64,000 nt of DNA from an uncultured virus (IMG/VR IMGVR_UViG_3300035689_000001). Its lineage: Duplodnaviria; Heunggongvirae; Uroviricota; Caudoviricetes. The stretch lies in the IMG/VR virus record IMGVR_UViG_3300035689_000001. One strand, 5' to 3'. A program made the translations under genes and the position numbers. Positions 7,681 through 17,663 of the stretch are shown piece by piece. The notes beneath the pieces are model-generated. The model was not told the origin of the DNA and did no database searches. It saw only the letters and a list, made by a program, of their open reading frames with translations. The stretch's first letter is position 1, and each line of letters opens with the position of its first letter.

Positions 7681-10600
7681 TTAGACGGCTACTCCTGTGA
7701 TTGTTGGTGCCACCAGCGGCGATCGCAAACTGTTCCGGCTAAACACGATCTGTGCAGATTCGGAACTCAGCATTGTAATCCTCAGGCGTGCAAACAGTGT
7801 TGCTGGAATTACTGATACGCCCGACCATGTACCTGTCAGGTCAAGAGCATTACCTGTTGCGGTAGACGCTAATTTAAAAGTTCTCGCAACACTGCTCCAA
7901 TCTCGAATCCAATAAACAGAACTGGTGTTGAGATTGCCAACGGTGCCTGATAGCCTAACTGGGATTCCATCAGATAAAACTGTGCCAACAGCACCGGTCA
8001 GCACATCTGTTGATGTGTTTACGGTTGCCGAAAAACTGGTAGCCCCGTTGATGTAGGTTGTGTCAGCACTCAGGTCACCCAATTTATTGCCCGTTGAGAT
8101 GTTGCCGTACTCCATAAACGATACGGCTGCGCCATCATGAATCAGCAATAAATCAATTACCTGATGGTTAATGCCCAGGGAGATCTGAATATTGTACCGA
8201 GCCGACCGAAATGCAGTCGTCGCAAACTGATCAATCACCGCAGTCGCCAGTGACGCGACAGAAACCTCACCAATAATCTGCCCACCCCGCGCAGTGTTGA
8301 CAATCAAATCCTGGGTTACTGTCAGGGTGCCAATTGTAGCTGTCGTTGCGTTTGCTGTGACAAACGTTGCATCCCCTGGAGTTGTTGCCCCCAGATTTAC
8401 ATTGTTGATGTTGCCTCTGGTAGTTGGCGCAATGGATAACGCCCCAGGCTGCATTGTGAGAGATGTCTGTGGGCTAATAGCAACTGTTCCACCAATGCCC
8501 TCAGGGGTCTGCTGTGGACTGAGTGTAACTGTACCACCAGCATTTGGAGTATCGCAGCGCAACTCTCTAATGATTGCGATATCAAAAATCTCATCGCTAC
8601 CAATCTCGCCCCACGCTCTTTGACCCTGACTATTTAATATCAGTTTCCACGCCAGCGGATAGAGGCTGGAATTGGAGTTGAGGACTACCGTACCTAACTC
8701 AAAATTAGAGGGGTTGAATGTTGAGATATCCGGCGCAATCAGGAGCGGTCTGCCCCCAATTTTAAGCTGTGCTCCTGTAGCAACTTCCAGGCCATTGTTG
8801 TTGAGCAGCACTTGACCGCCTGCAACCTCAATGCTGTCTGCGACCAAGTTGCTGAATTCAGCGGGAACCTGCACCTCAGCAACGGTTTCTTGTACAGCCA
8901 ATTCAAACGCTTCACCCGTTGCCAGGTTGGTAGCAACATCGCCAGCCCAACTTAACCCCTCATGGTCGAGGCCGTCATAGTAGCAAAGTCCACCTGTAGA
9001 ATTTTTACGGTGTTTGAATAGCCGCGCAGACTGGGGGATATTGATTTGCTGGAACTGGGGCAAGCCCTGAGAGTAGTTGAGATAACCAGCGTACTCAAAA
9101 GTGTGACCTGAACACCGGATATTGGAGGGTCTGTGGAATTGCAGGGTTAGCCCACCAGGAGCGCTCACCAGCAGCGGTGAATTTGATGTGCCACTGATAC
9201 TGCCGGATACTGTAAACCCGCTGGCTGTACTACTTCCTACTGGTCTAAACAGAGCAGCCATCACCTGTTTGGTAGGTGATGTGTCAGGGTTGATATTTGG
9301 TGTTACAACAACCCCGCCACCATCTACAACTGGCTCAACATCCAGGTCTGCGATCGCGTAGGGGGTAATAATGTTGGGTTTTGCAATCCCCTCATCGTCA
9401 AATCCCAAAAGGGTAAGGATATAGCCAGTCAGCGCACCGCTGCCATATCGCGCCTCTGATTTAGCAACCCAAAACAGTTGGCCGCTGCTTGCGATTGAGC
9501 CGCTACTGGAGTTGAGGATAAATGCGTAGGGAGGTTGCCTTTTAGTTGCAAGAGATCCTGAGACTACAATCCTGTATCCTTTTTCATCCGTTGAGCGAGT
9601 ATCTACAACTCGCCTGATATAAACCTTCGCAGTCCCAATAGCCGATTTAATGGTGGGTAAATCAGCGGTTTCCGCAGATGCTCCACCACTGACTAAGTTA
9701 AATCCATTGGCAGTCAGAAGCTCATTCGTAGATGCCTGGACTGTGAAATAGGAATCTCCGCCAGAATTGACGACTGGAGAATCATTGCCAGAGAGCGTGA
9801 CCAGTTGCATTTTCCTGATCTGTCCGCCGCCAACATCTATATAGATAAATGTGCCCGCCTTGTAGGTAAACGGGTTAATCCTGGCAGGGCTGATAGTACT
9901 ATTTAGGTAGATGCGATCGCGCCGCTTGCTGCCACCGTTGTTATTCCAGTAGGCATAAGTTTTGTCGGTGTTAAAATCACCACTGACAAAATTAACGATA
10001 TTGGCTGAGGTGAGCGGTTTTGGCGGGATTACAGACTCAAAAGTAAATCCTGAATCTGGTATCGACGCAGACTGCCTAAACCCATAGGCAGACATGGCAA
10101 TCTCACCAAAGTTAGTGTTGGAGTTTGTGATAGATAGGTCGCCGCCCGACTCAACTTTGTAGCCTTCTGCGTTGCCAATACAAAAGCAGCTAACAATTTG
10201 CACAAACGCATCATTGCTGGCTCGGAAACCAAAGTTGCGCCAGCCTGGATTGTAGCGAACGGAGTTGTTTGCTGGCTCCCTGTCGGCAGGCGAAACCCCT
10301 TGCACATAGTCACTGTAGAGTGCAGGAGTTAGGTCAAAATATTGGTCATTGAGAGCCAGTGGAACCCATCTACGTTCTGTGGCTGAACCGTTCCATTTTT
10401 GGTAAGCCCGCTTGTCCTTTTGCAGCACAGTTTGGGTAAACTGTGCCGTCACCATCGACTTAAATCCAGTCACCCGACTACCATCTGCCCACATCCCGTT
10501 CATGCCGTAATCGGAGCGGATTGAGCAGTTGTAGATGTATGGAGAGCTGCCCTTTGTGCTGTCTACTCCAGTCCGGTTAACAGCAGGCGCAACAATCGTA

Positions 10601-12999
10601 GTCTCTTGAGCTGTCTGGCTTAGGCGTGTGGAGGTGCCGGTGAATGCCAACGACACCTTTTCGTAGTAGTCCGCACCAGTTGCCGGGTTAAATTCCCAGT
10701 CATCATTGGCAAAAGTTGCCGCCACAACGCGATGGTGCGTCCATTCAATCCCAGGGTGATCTTTGTAGGTCATGCCATACGAATAGCAGCCACCCGTAAT
10801 TTTAAAAATAGGTGCCCAGGTGAGGAATTCATCGTCATCCTCACCTAAATAAAGTGGCCTGATTTCAGTCCGCCGCAAATCTAGACATACAAACGACACG
10901 CCTTTAGGCGCAACAACACCACCAGCCAAAATGGTCACCCCTGCATTGATAGCTACTGTCCAGGGGTTTGCATAACTCGCATCATTAGTAGGTCTTAGTG
11001 CATTGCGAGTGTGATTTACGAGCGTGGTAAATGCTGCGATCGCCGCACTGGAAGCTGTCAACCCTGCAATTTTGGTGATTGCTGCATTGGCAGAGTTGTT
11101 TGCTAGTACCGTATTGCCCTGGGTTAACAGAGTTCCCAAGGCAGTTACATAGGCCGCTCTTGCAGTCGATGGGTTAGAGGCCAGCAAATATGCCTTGTCT
11201 ACGCCATCTTGCCCTACGTAAGTGCGAGCCACGTTGAGTGATTCAGCATTTGCAATCAATAGTAAATCTGCTGCAACTGCATCAACTAGATAGCCAATAT
11301 CTCGTCTGCATTTTGCCTGGAGATCTGCGGATAGAGTCACACCAGTAACAGCAGCATAGGTCTGGTCAATCAGATATTGCCGATTGGCTTTAATCAGCTT
11401 TGCGGCACTGCGGTAACCTGTGTAGTCAGCTTCAGTGACTACTGCGCCAGTGCTATCAAAAATTGATTTGGGTGGGTTGAAATAGTGGAGGTTGTTGCCA
11501 ACTCCATAACTCAGGTTGATTGTCCAGGGATTGGTAGTAGCTGGGTTTGCGAGGGTTCCAGTCAGTATAGCCGCCAGGGTATCAATAGTTGCTTTTACAT
11601 CTGTACAAGCGCCCTGCACTCCGGGGTTAGGATCTGCAATTACACCCGAAATTGTCCTTAAATTAACGTTTTGCCCGCTGATAGAAATAGAGGTATTTGC
11701 AATGTTTCCAATAGCTGATTTTGCAACGTTGCGAATAGCAGTTACAGCATTTGCAAACGCTTCTCTTTGATTGCTGGTGATATAGGAAAAGCTACCATCA
11801 GGCTTCTGGTAAGACCGTGCAGCAACAATCGTGTTGACGTTGCCCATGTTTGCCAAATCTTTGTACATGGCCTCAGCCACATACCCCAAGTCGCGCTTGC
11901 ATTTTGCTGCTAATTCAGTGCGGGTTGCTGGGTCAGGAAACAGAGTTGTGATATTGGGAGCGATCGCATCAGCATATGCCTTGTCTACAATCAGGTCAGC
12001 GTTTACTTTGACCAAATTGGAGGCATCCTGATAGCGGTTGTAGGAAACTGGAACTGAGGGAGGATTAGTATTAAAATCCCCAAAATTTATCCCATCCCCT
12101 GTTAGCAACCTGCCAGGCCGGTTATCAATCAGGTAGCGACCAGGAGCCATCACGATGGAGATCTGGTCGTAGCGGTCAACCCCCTCATTTGAGGTACTGA
12201 TTCTGGCCGCCTCTAAAAATGCCCTCTCAATCCGCCGAAACGGTTTAGCTGAGTTTAGTCCATTGTTGGCCCAAGCGTCATTGGCAATCGGTGCATCAGG
12301 ATCTACATAGATTCTGGTTGTGGAGTTAACGCCAACCACAATCTGGTTGAGTCCATCTAATGAGATGGCATCCAGCTTGGCCTTGGCGCTATCGTCCAAA
12401 AATACATTTCCCGTTTGGTTGTTGTAGCGAATCGGGAAGGTAGAGGATAGGTTGTTTAGAGCAATTGCCCCAATATCAGCGGGAACTGCCCCTGATTTAT
12501 TGATTTTGGCCCAAGCGATCGCCGCGTTGCTCGCAACATTGGCATTAGCGATGCCAGTGGTCGGGATGTGGGAGCCGTTGCCAGTTCCTGCTGCGTGGGA
12601 TACGCCGAGAAAATTATCTATGCCGGAGATTTCACTGGCTGTTAAAGGGCGCGATTCCCATCCGTTTGAGCCACCAATCAAAAGGCTGCCAGCAACTGGC
12701 GACAGCGAACTAATTCTCGTTAGGTTTGGGTGCAGTGGCTGCCTTTGCTGAAGCGCAGTGTCTAATCCCGTGATATTACTGGTTGAATGGCTATGTACGG
12801 CATTTGCTTTTCCCTGAAGCGCAGCATTAACCTGCAGCTGGGTAGAGTATTGTGGGTGAGGGTTTGGAGCACCTTCATGCGCCGACAACGCGAAAAACAA
12901 TTCGCCAAAATTTTCGTTTGTCTTAGTAAAACAAACGCGGATCGGGTCGCCTGATCCATCGTTTGGCTCTTGCCCTACGTTAATTTGTTGATAGCTCAT
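7681..12999 (-). CDS. Large virion structural/tail fibre protein with a T4 gp9/gp10-like N-terminus
   Basis: QQINVGQEPNDGSGDPIRVCFTKTNENFGEL; SPYIYNCSIRS.YGM.G..ADG..VTGFKSMV.AQFT and IR.SGHTFEY.GY.NYS..LP motifs seen in cyanomyovirus fibre proteins. Confidence 0.8.
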   Translation of the reverse strand: MSYQQINVGQEPNDGSGDPIRVCFTKTNENFGELFFALSAHEGAPNPHPQYSTQLQVNAALQGKANAVHSHSTSNITGLDTALQQRQPLHPNLTRISSLSPVAGSLLIGGSNGWESRPLTASEISGIDNFLGVSHAAGTGNGSHIPTTGIANANVASNAAIAWAKINKSGAVPADIGAIALNNLSSTFPIRYNNQTGNVFLDDSAKAKLDAISLDGLNQIVVGVNSTTRIYVDPDAPIANDAWANNGLNSAKPFRRIERAFLEAARISTSNEGVDRYDQISIVMAPGRYLIDNRPGRLLTGDGINFGDFNTNPPSVPVSYNRYQDASNLVKVNADLIVDKAYADAIAPNITTLFPDPATRTELAAKCKRDLGYVAEAMYKDLANMGNVNTIVAARSYQKPDGSFSYITSNQREAFANAVTAIRNVAKSAIGNIANTSISISGQNVNLRTISGVIADPNPGVQGACTDVKATIDTLAAILTGTLANPATTNPWTINLSYGVGNNLHYFNPPKSIFDSTGAVVTEADYTGYRSAAKLIKANRQYLIDQTYAAVTGVTLSADLQAKCRRDIGYLVDAVAADLLLIANAESLNVARTYVGQDGVDKAYLLASNPSTARAAYVTALGTLLTQGNTVLANNSANAAITKIAGLTASSAAIAAFTTLVNHTRNALRPTNDASYANPWTVAINAGVTILAGGVVAPKGVSFVCLDLRRTEIRPLYLGEDDDEFLTWAPIFKITGGCYSYGMTYKDHPGIEWTHHRVVAATFANDDWEFNPATGADYYEKVSLAFTGTSTRLSQTAQETTIVAPAVNRTGVDSTKGSSPYIYNCSIRSDYGMNGMWADGSRVTGFKSMVTAQFTQTVLQKDKRAYQKWNGSATERRWVPLALNDQYFDLTPALYSDYVQGVSPADREPANNSVRYNPGWRNFGFRASNDAFVQIVSCFCIGNAEGYKVESGGDLSITNSNTNFGEIAMSAYGFRQSASIPDSGFTFESVIPPKPLTSANIVNFVSGDFNTDKTYAYWNNNGGSKRRDRIYLNSTISPARINPFTYKAGTFIYIDVGGGQIRKMQLVTLSGNDSPVVNSGGDSYFTVQASTNELLTANGFNLVSGGASAETADLPTIKSAIGTAKVYIRRVVDTRSTDEKGYRIVVSGSLATKRQPPYAFILNSSSGSIASSGQLFWVAKSEARYGSGALTGYILTLLGFDDEGIAKPNIITPYAIADLDVEPVVDGGGVVVTPNINPDTSPTKQVMAALFRPVGSSTASGFTVSGSISGTSNSPLLVSAPGGLTLQFHRPSNIRCSGHTFEYAGYLNYSQGLPQFQQINIPQSARLFKHRKNSTGGLCYYDGLDHEGLSWAGDVATNLATGEAFELAVQETVAEVQVPAEFSNLVADSIEVAGGQVLLNNNGLEVATGAQLKIGGRPLLIAPDISTFNPSNFELGTVVLNSNSSLYPLAWKLILNSQGQRAWGEIGSDEIFDIAIIRELRCDTPNAGGTVTLSPQQTPEGIGGTVAISPQTSLTMQPGALSIAPTTRGNINNVNLGATTPGDATFVTANATTATIGTLTVTQDLIVNTARGGQIIGEVSVASLATAVIDQFATTAFRSARYNIQISLGINHQVIDLLLIHDGAAVSFMEYGNISTGNKLGDLSADTTYINGATSFSATVNTSTDVLTGAVGTVLSDGIPVRLSGTVGNLNTSSVYWIRDWSSVARTFKLASTATGNALDLTGTWSGVSVIPATLFARLRITMLSSESAQIVFSRNSLRSPLVAPTITGVAV

Positions 13000-13050
13000 C
13001 AGGATTCTCCAAAAACACTTCCTTCTACAGGATGGGAGGATGTTAACTGC

Positions 13051-13257
13051 TCAAGACGCGTCTGCTGTAACGACTTCAGAGTCTGCCAAAATACTGCTGT
13101 TATCAGCGCTTATAGGCTGGCCAGTAGTTTCGGTTCCAGAAGATCCGCCAGATCCGCCAAAAGTGCGTCCGCCAGTTGTATCTAACTGAGAGCCGACTCT
13201 TTCTAAAACCTCTACTCCGGGCGCTCCAGCCAGTGATCCAAACTTTAGTTTTCGCAT
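13051..13257 (-). CDS. 68-aa protein whose N-terminus copies the tail sheath N-terminal arm
   Basis: FGSLAGAPGVEVLER vs sheath FGSPVGAPGVDVLER (12/15 identical); GAGGTGG RBS. Confidence 0.7.
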   Translation of the reverse strand: MRKLKFGSLAGAPGVEVLERVGSQLDTTGGRTFGGSGGSSGTETTGQPISADNSSILADSEVVTADAS

Positions 13258-13272
13258 TGCCCACCTCAATAT

Positions 13273-13306
13273 AAAAATGGCGGAGGAAGCTTTTGCTTCC
13301 TCCGCC
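13273..13306 (-). terminator. Probable intrinsic terminator
   Basis: GGCGGAGGAAGC-AAAA-GCTTCCTCCGCC followed by ATTTTT on the minus strand. Confidence 0.7.
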
Positions 13307-13339
13307 TGGAGGTTAAGTTAAAGTTTTTCAGAGAATTTA

Positions 13340-13852
13340 CTATCTATATAGTATCAGTTTAACGCGATTTTTTGCAATCTTGCGCCCCTGTCTGATGGAC
13401 TGCTCCCAAAAGTGTCGCCCAGGAATGTTGATATGGGTTGTGTCACTTCGTAGACGAATTCCATATGCGGCAGCAAGAAACCCCCTCATTTTTTCGGTGA
13501 CCTGGATAGTAGCTCCTTGGTCCTGTACTTTGGCGATCATTGTGGGATCGCCATTGGGTATCCCGACGATCGCCAGTGTGTAGGTTTTGCGCCAGCGGTA
13601 TTCAAGAGTAATGTGCTCAGTGATGCCACTACCATCTGGCTTGTCGGTGTCGATCTCGTAGATTTTTCGGGTTGCGCTACTAAGGGGAGGAGGGCTACCG
13701 GATCTCCCTTGATCAGCCAAATTTTGCTCGACCAAATTATTAAACGTATTGGCGCTATCGCTAACCCATTGAGATCCGCGCTGAGGAATCTGCTTCGATC
13801 GCTCCAGCGTCTTGATTAAATTGCGGTATCCACCACGCTTTGATAGTTTCAA
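13340..13852 (-). CDS. Phage virion morphogenesis/neck (tail completion) protein
   Basis: PPPLSSAT, AKVQDQGATI.VTEKMR and INIPGRHFW motifs of the virion morphogenesis family. Confidence 0.7.
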   Translation of the reverse strand: MKLSKRGGYRNLIKTLERSKQIPQRGSQWVSDSANTFNNLVEQNLADQGRSGSPPPLSSATRKIYEIDTDKPDGSGITEHITLEYRWRKTYTLAIVGIPNGDPTMIAKVQDQGATIQVTEKMRGFLAAAYGIRLRSDTTHINIPGRHFWEQSIRQGRKIAKNRVKLILYR

Positions 13853-15693
13853 GTTTCGATCAAGATATTGCCAGTAATTCCTGTAGCGTTTTCAAGGATT
13901 TGGCTAGAGGGTGCCGATACAGTGATGTTGTCAGCATTTACCCAAGATTTTATCCTAAATGATTGCCCGGTCAGGAGATCCGAGTCAACCGATAGATTTC
14001 TCAAAATCCCGCTATAAACTTTGTAGACATATTCTACGGCTTGGTCTGGCAAAATACCAATTCCATTTTGAAATGAAACGAGCGTGCTGTACTCAGGTGC
14101 TAGGATATCAGTTGCTTGACCAGAGGATAGTACCCAGACGGGAAACCAGTCATCAACCTTGGAGATTGGGACTGATCCATAATAATTCCGCAGGATTGTT
14201 TCTGCGATCAATATTGCTAATTCTTTCGCCTGCGGATCCCCGGACGCCTGGTTAACATCAAGAAGGCATTGCGCAAGCGCTAGGGATGCCGTGATGGTGC
14301 TGACGGACGGGAAGTAAGAATCCCTAACGCTTAAGTCGCTGAAGACCCAAAAAGGATCAACATCTTTTGTATTAACCTCAATCCATTGACGAATAGCTAC
14401 TCCCACCTGCTGCAATCTCTCCAGTTGAAGTAGTGCAATCAATGAATCATCCAGATCCTCGCTTAATTGCAGGGAATAGGATTTCAATGTCGTGTCATTG
14501 GGTGGTCGATATAAAAATTCTAAAACCAATGACTGCTCAGATTGAAAGCTATATTTGGTCGATCGATCGCCACTGGGGGTTTCCCAAAAAATCGTAGTGG
14601 GGGCGATCGCGGTAACCTTATTGTCGGTTGTTTCGATCAATAGATTCCATCTGCTACCACTGGAGGCGCGTCGCAGGATCGGGTATGCCTGGAATTGACT
14701 TCTTTCAATTGGAAGTAACTGTTGATCGATTGTGCCAACGAGCAAAGGGGGGGATGTCGCGAATGTTTTGGAGGGCCGATAAGAAGAGGTAAAAATGTCG
14801 GTATAGCGAAATCCCTGAATCGAGACATTGTAAACAGCCTTAAGTTGATCTGCCAAGGGGGATCGGCGCAGGTCAAGTGGTACTGTAGTCCCACCGTCAA
14901 TCCATCCAAAATAGACGGTTTGCGCCTGGATATCCCACGCCTCAAGGTCAAGATCAAAAATCTGAGGAAAGATTTGATTCCATGCTTGACCTGGCTGTAG
15001 GTATATCCAGGTTGCGTGGGCACCCATCCTGGAGCCAGGTAGATCTACATTTTTGATAGCGCTGTTAATATTTCCGGTAAGGCGATCTGCCGGATTCCAG
15101 GTGGATGTATTGATTTCGCGCCACAGGATAGCACGAGTCCCTGGTGCGCCACCCCCGCCCAGATGGGATCGATCGCGCCATCGTTTAGTCTTCCAGGATC
15201 CAAAAATGGTGTTGTAACCTGACCACTGAGGGGGGGTGCCAGACGGGCGTCTACCCCAAGGCAATTTAATATAAATTGACTGCTGGCTGTGGGGCCACTG
15301 TAGCCACATAAAAAGGGCGTCGCGTACCCCTTGCTCTGTGCCACGCCGTTGCCAATATTGCCATGCCTGTTTAATGACTTCGCGTTTATGCTGTGGAGTC
15401 CACGTAGGAGTTAGTCCAATCCCGATAAATCGATCCCCTAGCGGTGCAAGCCCTACCAATTGCTGATACCAATCCAGCAGGTTAGATTCGGTATATTCTG
15501 GATCAAACGTAAATTCAATCTGGCTTAGGATACGCAAAATATCATCGTAGGTGGGCTGCATCGCCATGCAAAAATGGAGTAGCAGTCCCTGTTCGTCAGC
15601 CAGTCGGACGTTCTGCGGAAGATTGCGATACAGTTCTGTGCTATACATCGGCCTCTGTGGTGGGGCGGATCGGTACCCTAAAGGTAAATCCAT
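13849..15693 (-). CDS. Baseplate/tail protein: P2 gpI-like N-terminus fused to part of a helical domain
   Basis: LYRNLP..VRLAD...FDP....NLLDWYQQLVG...KREVIKQAWQYWQRRGTEQGV. Confidence 0.72.
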   Translation of the reverse strand: MDLPLGYRSAPPQRPMYSTELYRNLPQNVRLADEQGLLLHFCMAMQPTYDDILRILSQIEFTFDPEYTESNLLDWYQQLVGLAPLGDRFIGIGLTPTWTPQHKREVIKQAWQYWQRRGTEQGVRDALFMWLQWPHSQQSIYIKLPWGRRPSGTPPQWSGYNTIFGSWKTKRWRDRSHLGGGGAPGTRAILWREINTSTWNPADRLTGNINSAIKNVDLPGSRMGAHATWIYLQPGQAWNQIFPQIFDLDLEAWDIQAQTVYFGWIDGGTTVPLDLRRSPLADQLKAVYNVSIQGFRYTDIFTSSYRPSKTFATSPPLLVGTIDQQLLPIERSQFQAYPILRRASSGSRWNLLIETTDNKVTAIAPTTIFWETPSGDRSTKYSFQSEQSLVLEFLYRPPNDTTLKSYSLQLSEDLDDSLIALLQLERLQQVGVAIRQWIEVNTKDVDPFWVFSDLSVRDSYFPSVSTITASLALAQCLLDVNQASGDPQAKELAILIAETILRNYYGSVPISKVDDWFPVWVLSSGQATDILAPEYSTLVSFQNGIGILPDQAVEYVYKVYSGILRNLSVDSDLLTGQSFRIKSWVNADNITVSAPSSQILENATGITGNILIET

Positions 15694-17635
15694 AGATACC
15701 CCGTTGGGGCATTTCTAGTGCTGGCGCAAAGCTCTCAAAACGAAGAACTTGTGCCGCAAACTCGGAAAAAGTTTCGCCTGTCTCCGATGGCAGTGGATAT
15801 TTTATTGAATCTTTGTAAATTAAAATATGGGCGATCGTTTGGAGGATCTCGGTAGCTCCTGATCCACCCTGTTGTATATTCGTTGCGGAGTTGTAGTTCA
15901 GGTTTGAGGTTAGTAGCTGTAAACTTTTTTGCAATACCCTGAACGACAATACGCGATCACCCCCCGCGATATTAAAAAAGAGAGCGGCTCGACAATAAAG
16001 AGCGGCGATTGCCGAATTTTGCTGAGGGGGCTGCTTATTGGGGAACGGAGTAAAAGGCGTCAAAATAGTGGCTGGTTCATCCCCCCACTGATTGTCAAGG
16101 AACCCAATCCAGTTAGCCGCAATGGAGTGTAGCAAGCTGGATTGGGTTGTATGCCACGCCTGTGCAATAGTTGCACCGGTTAGTGCCTGCCACCCGCCCC
16201 ATGAAAGATCGTAGATAGGGTCATTGTCGATAAATCCTGGCTGTCCATCTGGTGTAGCTCGGTAGCTGAGCCGAAATGGCCCAAGGATGCCAGTTTGCTC
16301 AAAATATGCGGCTTGTGCATCTGCCCAAAAGCGGTGTGCGTCCGGATTGTCTGGCCGCTGCTTCCATGTCAATGAATTTCCGCGCGCCTGGATGTCGCCA
16401 GCCCGAATAATCAATTCTCCTGAGTCAACTCGGTAGGCTGGATCTGGATCTGGATCTACCTGGATATTCCCTACCATCAATGTATGGGCAGCGATCGTTT
16501 TTGTTTCCAGCCTCCACTGGGCAAAAAATAGCCTGGCCTGCAATCGTTGCGGTGGTTCTCCAATGTATTGCACTGAAATCGATACAGTCGTGGTGGATGA
16601 AACAAAACCATACCGTTGGATCGGGCTGTTTAACCACGGTTCGCGCGGCACGCTGCCAGTCATTTCTTGTGTACTGGCCAACCGAAAGTCGCTCCACTGG
16701 ATCGATCGATCCAGTAAAGTGCCATTGGTGGATGGCAAAATCGCTTCCCAGTTCCAGCCATCTCCGTCCGTTACCTGAAGGCGAATGCCTGCATCGGATC
16801 GATAACAGATCCGAGATGGGCGCTGAGAAAAATTTCCCATTAGCCAAACACCAGCAGTCCCCAGGTTAGGCATCAGGGTAAACGTTTTTACCAATGGATT
16901 GACCGCCCCGCTGGCAGCATTTTCAAAGCGCTGCTGTACCGATCCATTTCCCTGGCAATAACTTTCATCGTTGATTGATCCAGATGCGTGCCATTCGGTT
17001 GCCTGCGTCCACCGTAAAAAGTCGCTGCCGATCAATTGCCGCACAACTGGCTCAGGATCGCTGGCAATCTCGGCGCGCCACTCGCCGCTGTCCGCGTTCG
17101 CCAGCACTTGGATGATGGCTGGAATGTTGGTCGATAGCTCTACCGAAAGTTTTGTGGCTGGCTGGATTGTCGCCCCTACCAAAATCTGGCGAACCGACAC
17201 TACCCCATCATGGCTGCCAGTCGGCATAGAGATGCCCAAAAAACCATCCGGCGATCGATAAACGGTTGTTGCCATCGTGTGACTGGAGACGATCGCCAAC
17301 CCCCGTTCTGCCAACGGCTTTTGCCCAGGCAGCTTTTTAAATAGAAAGACTACCCTTTGGATGGCGATCGCGCGATCCAAAGTGGATTGAGCGGATACTG
17401 CCGCTCTTTCCCAGAGGGTATCGCTGGTTAACCTGCCTAGCCGATGAAACAACTGAGCCGCCAAGGCTAGCGACTCCAGCGATACAATGATTTCATCTGG
17501 ATCTGTGGCACGCCGAAATGGCAGCAAATCCAGCGCAACATTCGCCGAGAAGTTGCCCTGTCGCCTGGTATAAACTACCTGCAGGTTGCCATTTACCGGT
17601 TCAGATAGTTCGATTTTGCCCGCTTGAGACACCAT
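15641..17635 (-). CDS. Putative tail-associated structural protein (664 aa from ATG 17635)
   Basis: Long ORF heading the minus-strand tail operon; the ORF-track extension to 17926 overlaps the portal gene and is rejected. Confidence 0.7.
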   Translation of the reverse strand: MVSQAGKIELSEPVNGNLQVVYTRRQGNFSANVALDLLPFRRATDPDEIIVSLESLALAAQLFHRLGRLTSDTLWERAAVSAQSTLDRAIAIQRVVFLFKKLPGQKPLAERGLAIVSSHTMATTVYRSPDGFLGISMPTGSHDGVVSVRQILVGATIQPATKLSVELSTNIPAIIQVLANADSGEWRAEIASDPEPVVRQLIGSDFLRWTQATEWHASGSINDESYCQGNGSVQQRFENAASGAVNPLVKTFTLMPNLGTAGVWLMGNFSQRPSRICYRSDAGIRLQVTDGDGWNWEAILPSTNGTLLDRSIQWSDFRLASTQEMTGSVPREPWLNSPIQRYGFVSSTTTVSISVQYIGEPPQRLQARLFFAQWRLETKTIAAHTLMVGNIQVDPDPDPAYRVDSGELIIRAGDIQARGNSLTWKQRPDNPDAHRFWADAQAAYFEQTGILGPFRLSYRATPDGQPGFIDNDPIYDLSWGGWQALTGATIAQAWHTTQSSLLHSIAANWIGFLDNQWGDEPATILTPFTPFPNKQPPQQNSAIAALYCRAALFFNIAGGDRVLSFRVLQKSLQLLTSNLNYNSATNIQQGGSGATEILQTIAHILIYKDSIKYPLPSETGETFSEFAAQVLRFESFAPALEMPQRGIYGFTFRVPIRPTTEADV

Positions 17636-17663
17636 ACCTAATAATATAGACAAACCTCCAGCG

